Below are positions 58,029 through 64,000 of a stretch of 64,000 bases of DNA, piece by piece. The stretch's first letter is position 1. Each line of letters begins with the position of its first letter. Source of the DNA: Candidatus Bathyarchaeia archaeon (GTDB lineage Archaea > Thermoproteota > Bathyarchaeia > 40CM-2-53-6); contig JBEKVV010000003.1 of assembly GCA_049513715.1 (NCBI GenBank), positions 384,001-448,000 on the forward strand. Reading direction: 5' to 3'. The notes under the pieces are model-generated. The model saw only the letters and a program-made list of their open reading frames with translations. It had not been told where the DNA came from and ran no database searches. Position numbers and translations under genes: made by a program.

Positions 58029-58299
58029 GCAGATTGGAGTTCCCGCAATTCGTCCACTGTCCCGAAAGGTCCCTGATTTCTCCTCCGCTGAGGCACTAGT
58101 CAACTTTCATAATCTCAGTCTTTGTTGGTATTCTGCACAATTCTGAATGATTAGATGTGACCTGTTGGATCTGGATAGCAAAACGCGCATCGACAACTCA
58201 AGGTGTTGACGATCTCTCTTGTCGCTTTGTCGCAGACGCCTTTGTAGCCCCTCTAGCCTCGAATCTTCCACGCACAAAGAACTTGGGAATTCAGGCAGG

Positions 58300-58326
58300 G
58301 TTACATGATTACTATAGAATCACGTG
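58300..58326 (+). promoter_or_regulatory. Second copy of the candidate phosphate-regulon operator
   Basis: GTTACATGATTACTATAGAATCACGTG. Confidence 0.55.
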
Positions 58327-58385
58327 ATAGCCCATTGTCACAATGGTAATCGAGTATAAACGAGAAGAGGTGATCTCTAACCGCG

Positions 58386-58484
58386 ATGAAAATGCAAAAT
58401 AAAGACCAGAACAAGTTAGGATGGAGAGACACAGATGGCGAGCAAGTCGGGCGCGAGGACATTTTCTTCTGGTTCCTTGAGTGA
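58386..58484 (+). CDS. Candidate 32-aa small protein
   Basis: MKMQNKDQNKLGWRDTDGEQVGREDIFFWFLE; GAGGTGA at 58367-58373. Confidence 0.4.
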   Translation: MKMQNKDQNKLGWRDTDGEQVGREDIFFWFLE

Positions 58485-58530
58485 GCCGACCGCAGTGTCT
58501 CCACCAGCAGTGGTCTTCCAGGCCGTTTGT

Positions 58531-60060
58531 TCAACTATCATTGCGTATTAGGTCGGCCCACACTTTTGCTGGTTTCCAGTTGTAAACGATAGTTTTCAGC
58601 CTAGTCATTTCCTCTATGCTGTATCCGATTCCTTCTCTCCCGATGCCAGAATCTTTGTTGCCGCCAAAGGGATAATACCCGACGCCGTGCCTAGGCGCGG
58701 CGTTAACAGTCACTTCGCCCTCCTCCAGCCGCTTTGCGACTTTTCTGGCAAGGTTGATATTGTTGGTGAACACGCATGAATCAAGCCCAAACCTAGACCT
58801 GTTCGCCAATTCAATCGCTTCATCCACATCCTTCACGTGCACGATGGGTATGACGGGGCCGAAGGTTTCGTCCCACACGACATTGGCGCTGGTCGGGACG
58901 TTGTCGAGCACTGTGGGTTGGTAGAAGTTGCCCTCAAACTGGCCTCCTGTGAGCAGCTTTGCGCCTTTGCTTATCGCATCAGTGACAAGCCCGTGCACAC
59001 GTTCAACGGCATTTCGGTCGATAAGTGGGCCCATGTTCACCGACGCGTCCCGTGGGTCACCGAGCTTGTAGCTCTGAACTTCCTTCAAAACCATATTCAC
59101 GAACTCGTCAGCAATTTTCCGTTCGACTAATACGCGGCTCACGGCGTCGCATCGTTGACCGCTGTAACTCAACGACCCCTTAACGGCCTCACTCACAGCC
59201 AAACCGATGTCAGCGTCCGCAAGTACGATCGCGGAACCTTTCCCACCTAGCTCCATGTGTAAGCGTTTTAGGCCGGCGACGTGCGCCAACTTCTGCCCGA
59301 CTTCGGTGCTGCCGGTGAAAGTTACCATGTTGACCCTCTTGTGCGCTGCCAAGTACTCTCCAATGGGTCCCCTTGCAGTAATCACATTCAAGACGCCCGC
59401 GGGAATTCCTGCAACCTCGAGAATTCTTGTGAACATCAGAAACGAGAGCGGGTCCTTGCTGGAGGTTTTCACCACAACTGCGTTTCCAGCTAGAAGTGCT
59501 GGAATCACTTTCGTTGCAGTAATGTACAATGGGTAGTTGAAAGGGGATATCGCCAAGACAACACCCAAAGGCTCCCTTAGTACGTCAGCTGACGTCCCAA
59601 CGGTTTCGTCAGACCAGTCCCCTGGAATATGTTCGCCTCGAATCTTCCCGTAATCCTCCGGTGTGAGCTTGAGGCGCTCAGCGGTGGCCTTGACTTCGCC
59701 CTCAGCGTTTGAGTGTGGTTTGCCCGCTTCCAAAGTCAGAATTGTGATGAAGGATTCCTTGTTCTGCAGCAGCAATTCGCGGGCTCGCTGGAAGATGTTG
59801 ATCTTCTCTACGGCCGGTATCGTACGAATCTTGTTCCGGTTCGCGTAAGACGCCTCCACAGCTTGTTCTGCTTCTCGGTTAGAAGAGCTGGGAACAGTCG
59901 CAACTAGCGTTCCATCTATTGGGGTGCGAACTTCAATGCGCTCAGCAAGGGAAACCCATTTCCCATCAAGTAGCATCTTGAAATCAAGGACGTTGAAATC
60001 ACTCACCGAGTGGATTGGCGCGAATACCTCGCCAAGTCTAACTTCATTGTTGGTCTTCAT
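58531..60060 (-). CDS. gapN: Non-phosphorylating glyceraldehyde-3-phosphate dehydrogenase (ALDH family)
   Basis: ISPFNYP, FTGST, MELGGK, SGQRCDA, ETFGP, PRHGVGYYPFGG. Confidence 0.85.
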   Translation of the reverse strand: MKTNNEVRLGEVFAPIHSVSDFNVLDFKMLLDGKWVSLAERIEVRTPIDGTLVATVPSSSNREAEQAVEASYANRNKIRTIPAVEKINIFQRARELLLQNKESFITILTLEAGKPHSNAEGEVKATAERLKLTPEDYGKIRGEHIPGDWSDETVGTSADVLREPLGVVLAISPFNYPLYITATKVIPALLAGNAVVVKTSSKDPLSFLMFTRILEVAGIPAGVLNVITARGPIGEYLAAHKRVNMVTFTGSTEVGQKLAHVAGLKRLHMELGGKGSAIVLADADIGLAVSEAVKGSLSYSGQRCDAVSRVLVERKIADEFVNMVLKEVQSYKLGDPRDASVNMGPLIDRNAVERVHGLVTDAISKGAKLLTGGQFEGNFYQPTVLDNVPTSANVVWDETFGPVIPIVHVKDVDEAIELANRSRFGLDSCVFTNNINLARKVAKRLEEGEVTVNAAPRHGVGYYPFGGNKDSGIGREGIGYSIEEMTRLKTIVYNWKPAKVWADLIRNDS

Positions 60061-60461
60061 AGCAGCTTCGACTCGTTCAGAACTGCTTCGGCCTCAATTT
60101 CGACAAGCATCTCAGAGTTGATGAGCCTCTTGACTTCAATCATCGTAGTTACTGGGCGTACGTTCTTGAAGACTTGCCCGTGGGCTGTGCCAATTTCTTG
60201 CCACTTTTCTATGTCGGTCACATAGATTCTTGTTTTGACGACATCCTCCAGCTTGGCTCCAAGGGATTCCAATGCCCTCTGAATGTTCCGTAAGGTTTGC
60301 TCAGTCTGTGCTTTCGCATCCCCGACCCCAACCAAATCACCATCAGAGCCGGTGGCAGTTGTTCCCGAAACGTAAACAACGTTGCCGACTCTCACAGCCC
60401 TCGAATAACCAACAATGGGCTCCCACTTCGTCCCTGAGGAAAAATTAACTCGCTTACTCAA
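60057..60461 (-). CDS. RidA-family protein
   Basis: WEPIVGYSRAVRVG, VSGTT, VEIEAEA; TTG at 60461. Confidence 0.92.
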   Translation of the reverse strand: MSKRVNFSSGTKWEPIVGYSRAVRVGNVVYVSGTTATGSDGDLVGVGDAKAQTEQTLRNIQRALESLGAKLEDVVKTRIYVTDIEKWQEIGTAHGQVFKNVRPVTTMIEVKRLINSEMLVEIEAEAVLNESKLL

Positions 60462-60561
60462 GCACCGGTTCTCCTCAAACATGCAGACACCCGCTCTCTT
60501 AAGGAAGATGAAATCCCATCGGCTGCAAGAGAGAGGTCACATGTGAGCTGCCATACGATCC

Positions 60562-61428
60562 TCATGGCTTTTGTGTGCGAATGAATTTGACCTTCCAATC
60601 AAAGAAAAAGCTCGCACCAACCACATAGGGTTTCAGTCGCTCTGTCAATTCTCCAAGAAAGGCCGAGCGCTGGCTGTCTGACAGCTCAGCAAATTCATGC
60701 TTCAGTGCAACCCTCTCAAGCCTCAGGTTCAAGTAGTCCTGAACTCCGCGAAGCTTGATCTTGTAGTTGCGTTCTTTGACTTGAATATCCGTGAACCCAA
60801 TCTGCCGTAACTCTTCCATTTGCTTCGTTACGTCCAAGTTACCTTTTTTCTCCATTGTTGCGACTGCGTTTCTCTCAAATTGCAACCGGTCTGAGGGCGC
60901 ATCCGTTCTGTGTCGCCTCAGGACCTCGCTGAAGACTCTGTGGACCGGGACATCGATCAGATGCCAATCACCGAAGACAAGCCACCCGCCTCTGCGGACC
61001 ACACGGAAAATCTCAGTTATCGTTTGATGGAAGGTGGCGTAAGAGATGCCGCTATTTGAAAACGCCAAGTCAAAGAAACCATCGGGAAAAAGCAACTGCT
61101 CTGCATTCATTTTGAAGAATCGCACATTCTTGCGCTCGCCTTTCGCAACCTGCGCTCGGGTTAGGATTTGTTCTGACCGGTCAACTCCGACCACAAGTCC
61201 TTTGGGGCCTAGATGTCTAGCTGCCTCCAGCGCAGCGACACCTGTCCCCGTCCCAACATCCAGCACTACTTGGCCTGACGCGATTTTGGCGATGAGCACT
61301 AGGTCACGCGCGAATTTTCTGAAGATCGGAACCCACCATTTCTCCCACGCCTCAACGTCTTGATTCCATAGCCCCTGCAGAACCTGATCGGCCTGTTGGA
61401 CATCCATACTCATGCGGGAAGCACTCAC
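60562..61428 (-). CDS. Class I SAM-dependent methyltransferase
   Basis: VLDVGTGTG, GVD, AEQLLFPDGFFD, RVVRRGG. Confidence 0.88.
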   Translation of the reverse strand: MSASRMSMDVQQADQVLQGLWNQDVEAWEKWWVPIFRKFARDLVLIAKIASGQVVLDVGTGTGVAALEAARHLGPKGLVVGVDRSEQILTRAQVAKGERKNVRFFKMNAEQLLFPDGFFDLAFSNSGISYATFHQTITEIFRVVRRGGWLVFGDWHLIDVPVHRVFSEVLRRHRTDAPSDRLQFERNAVATMEKKGNLDVTKQMEELRQIGFTDIQVKERNYKIKLRGVQDYLNLRLERVALKHEFAELSDSQRSAFLGELTERLKPYVVGASFFFDWKVKFIRTQKP

Positions 61429-61532
61429 GCTGAGACGGCCAGCGGTAGGAGTGTAAGATGCATGGGTTCAAAATGCTTCCGCACAGAAGACAGAGAAAAG
61501 AGTCGGGGCGTTTGCTGGCTTTCGTTCATTGC

Positions 61533-62045
61533 TTAGATGAGCTTAGTTCGGAAGGCGTTTAAGTCCACGTGCCATAGTACGCCATATTGACCGCGGAAGC
61601 CGCTGACAATGTGAATGTAGACACCTGTGTTGGTGCTGTCTGTGTCGGCTCCGAGTAGTACGAAGTAACCTTGGCGGCCATCCGGCGCGGTTGCTGGCCC
61701 TTGGTAGACTGATGTGTGGGCGTCGCGGTTGTAGTCGCCCCGCCAATGGCCCACATCAATAGCGTATGGCTTGCCGCGAATCTGGAAAGTTCCGTCCACA
61801 ACTTTGAAGACGATATTGTGGGGGCCAACAAACGTCACTTGCACTGTGAGTTGTATGTTCGCAGGTCCAGTGACTAGCTTGCCGTCAACCCAAGCCCGTG
61901 CTTGGCCATTCATGGTTGTGATACTGTACTTGCCTCCAACCATCACGTTCCCGCCCGCGACGAGCGGGTCGGCGAGGACTGAGGTTGCCGTGAGGCTCAG
62001 CAGAACAGCCCCGAGTACAATTGGTATCAAATGTTTGGTTTGCAA
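61533..62045 (-). CDS. Hypothetical secreted beta-rich protein
   Basis: Signal-peptide-like LIPIVLGAVLLSLTATSVLA; TTG 62045 preferred (frame open to 62105). Confidence 0.65.
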   Translation of the reverse strand: MQTKHLIPIVLGAVLLSLTATSVLADPLVAGGNVMVGGKYSITTMNGQARAWVDGKLVTGPANIQLTVQVTFVGPHNIVFKVVDGTFQIRGKPYAIDVGHWRGDYNRDAHTSVYQGPATAPDGRQGYFVLLGADTDSTNTGVYIHIVSGFRGQYGVLWHVDLNAFRTKLI

Positions 62046-62120
62046 CGTTTTATCACTAGCTAGACCCTTCGTGGGGGTCGTATAATCTGGTTCGGAAGGA
62101 ATCATCTGGATGAATCATCA

Positions 62121-63785
62121 ATGAGCCGCCGGTTTGAAAAGCCGTGGCTGAGTCATTGGCCGAAAGGCGTCCCGCAATCCCTTGAATACCCTGAGATTTC
62201 TATGGGTGAAATGCTTCGAGGCTCTGCCTCGAAAACGCCTAAGAATCCAGCACTCTACTTTCAGGGCACCGAATTATCATATGGGGAAATGGATGCGCTC
62301 GTCGATAGGTTCGCTGAAGCGCTTCAAGACCTCGGAGTCAGAAAGGGAGATCGTGTCGCATTATACCTCCCCAACATCCCCCAGTTCGTCATAGCATACT
62401 ACGGAGCCCTCCGAATTGGCGCCGTGGTGGTTGCCGTAAGCCCGTTGTACAAGGAACGAGAACTTGCCCACATATTGACTGATTCTGGCGCCAAAATCAT
62501 CGTGGCTTGGGATAAGTTAGATCCCTACGTTCAGTCGGTGAAAGCACGAACAGCACTGGAACGAATCATTGTCACCAACGTTGAGGACTATTCCTTGGAA
62601 AAGACATCAATCTCTTCATCAAAGAATCAGGAATCTCACTCAGATACAGATTACATGAGGAGCCTTCTGCTGGAGAAACGCGGAACCCCGCGGGGAACTG
62701 AAATCAAACCGAAGGAAGACCTTGCTCTCCTTCAGTACACCGGGGGAACAACTGGCACTCCCAAAGGCGCAATGCTCACACACTACAACTTAATCGTGAA
62801 CGCCGTGCAATTCGCGACGTGGCTGCAAATGCGCCCGGGCGTGGACGTACACCTTTCTGTTCTTCCGTTCTTTCACATTTACGGGATGACTACATCAATG
62901 AACTCACCCATATACACACGATCACCAATGATACTCGTCCCTGATCCTAGAGACGTTCAAGGCCTCCTGGAAGCCACAGAAAAATACAAACCGACGATTT
63001 TCTGCGGCGTTCCGACTACCTACATCGCTATCATAAACCAGGCAGATATTCAGAAGCACGATTTGCGGTCAATCAAGGTCTGCATTTCCGGGGCCTCCTC
63101 ACTGCCTGGTCAGGTTCAGAAACGTTTCGAAGAGCTGACAGGTGGGCGATTGGTAGAGGGTTATGGATTAACGGAAACCAGCCCAGTTACCCATGTGAAC
63201 CCTCTCGACGACCGAGCCAAGAATCGCATAGGCTCAATTGGTATACCCATCTCGGACACAGAGGCAAAGATCGTAGACCTAGAAACAAGTAAGAGCAGTC
63301 TCGCTGCCGGTGAAGTAGGGGAACTGGTTGTCCGCGGCCCGCAAGTCATGTTGGGCTATTGGAACAACTTAGGTGAAACGAAGATGGTGCTCCGTGATGG
63401 TTGGTTCTACACTGGTGACCTTGCCACTATGGACAAAGATGGGTACTTTCACTTAGTCGACCGAAAGAAGGACATGATCAACGTTTCCGGTTTCAAGGTT
63501 TGGCCGAGAGAGGTCGAAGATATCCTGTTTGAGCATCCCGCTGTAAAAGAAGCCGCTGTTGTCGGCGTGCCAGATTCGGAAAGCGGTGAAGCGGTTAAGG
63601 CGTTTATTGTGTTGAAAGCAGGCAACCAAGGGAAAACCTCGCCTGAGGAAATCATGGATTTCTGCAGGGAGAGAATCGCATCCTACAAGGCTCCCAAAAT
63701 CGTAGACTTCAGGGACGAACTACCCAAAACGCCTGTTGGTAAGATCTTGAAGAGAGAATTGCGACCTCGCAAGTCGCCAACCTAG
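62121..63785 (+). CDS. fadD: Long-chain-fatty-acid--CoA ligase (FadD-like)
   Basis: YTGGTTGTPKG, EGYGLTE, TGD, DRKKD, LPKTPVGKI. Confidence 0.93.
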   Translation: MSRRFEKPWLSHWPKGVPQSLEYPEISMGEMLRGSASKTPKNPALYFQGTELSYGEMDALVDRFAEALQDLGVRKGDRVALYLPNIPQFVIAYYGALRIGAVVVAVSPLYKERELAHILTDSGAKIIVAWDKLDPYVQSVKARTALERIIVTNVEDYSLEKTSISSSKNQESHSDTDYMRSLLLEKRGTPRGTEIKPKEDLALLQYTGGTTGTPKGAMLTHYNLIVNAVQFATWLQMRPGVDVHLSVLPFFHIYGMTTSMNSPIYTRSPMILVPDPRDVQGLLEATEKYKPTIFCGVPTTYIAIINQADIQKHDLRSIKVCISGASSLPGQVQKRFEELTGGRLVEGYGLTETSPVTHVNPLDDRAKNRIGSIGIPISDTEAKIVDLETSKSSLAAGEVGELVVRGPQVMLGYWNNLGETKMVLRDGWFYTGDLATMDKDGYFHLVDRKKDMINVSGFKVWPREVEDILFEHPAVKEAAVVGVPDSESGEAVKAFIVLKAGNQGKTSPEEIMDFCRERIASYKAPKIVDFRDELPKTPVGKILKRELRPRKSPT

Positions 63786-64000
63786 GATGGCTGCTGTTAG
63801 TATCAGCAATTCCTGGCAAACCTTCTCGGATCTGACGCCACGACGCAAGACATCGAGAGGCATGTAGCACGTTCGATCGAACATGTCCGCAACTGGATTA
63901 AAAGAAACACATTCGAACTCTGGTGTACTCGTAACGAACACCACTGCGCTCTTCCACTTTTTCCCAGATGGGAACTCTCGATGAAACGTGCGAATTTGGT

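Noticed and set aside
58100..58290. Minus-strand fragments (GATK..., REIV...) reminiscent of a PiT transporter C-terminus
   Set aside because: Too short and dependent on frameshifts; cannot be supported without a search.
58531..60060. GAPN as part of a phosphate-starvation regulon
   Set aside because: It is convergent with pstA, coupled to ridA upstream, and has no motif copy at its 5' side.
63720..64000. Minus-strand frame open to the window edge
   Set aside because: May be a real 3' gene end, but it overlaps fadD by 66 bp and has no recognisable motif.

Overview
Archaeal genomic window: a tRNA with bulge-helix-bulge introns, frequent TTG/GTG starts, an AbrB-PhoU regulator and SAMP-like proteins are compatible with a Bathyarchaeia/TACK-type organism (inference). 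(1) 1-31.8 kb is a large heterocycle/nucleobase catabolic cluster: cyclic amidohydrolase, BMP ABC importer, cyclase, CoxG plus two tandem xanthine-dehydrogenase-family L-M-S sets, methylmalonyl-CoA mutase/epimerase, a TudS-like protein with a Cys-free paralog, split FdrA + DUF1116 + DUF2877, a GNAT-like protein with a truncated paralog 23 kb away, a thiolase lacking the usual catalytic Cys + DUF35, BNR protein + MoaD, and glyoxylate reductase. (2) 33.4-37 kb is a DOMON-heme/Rieske/cytochrome b operon whose cytochrome b has Lys at the 4th heme-ligand position. (3) A two-intron tRNA-Ser(CGA) is followed by a 5.4 kb copper-resistance island bounded by a duplicated tRNA 3' end and abutting short inverted repeats, with no recombinase gene, plus further tRNA-end scars. 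(4) A DoxD + two-Rieske module. (5) A pst/phoU locus with a recurring CTATAG motif and an unannotated small ORF. (6) GAPN, RidA, a methyltransferase and an acyl-CoA ligase. All calls come from motif recognition by eye; no searches were run.
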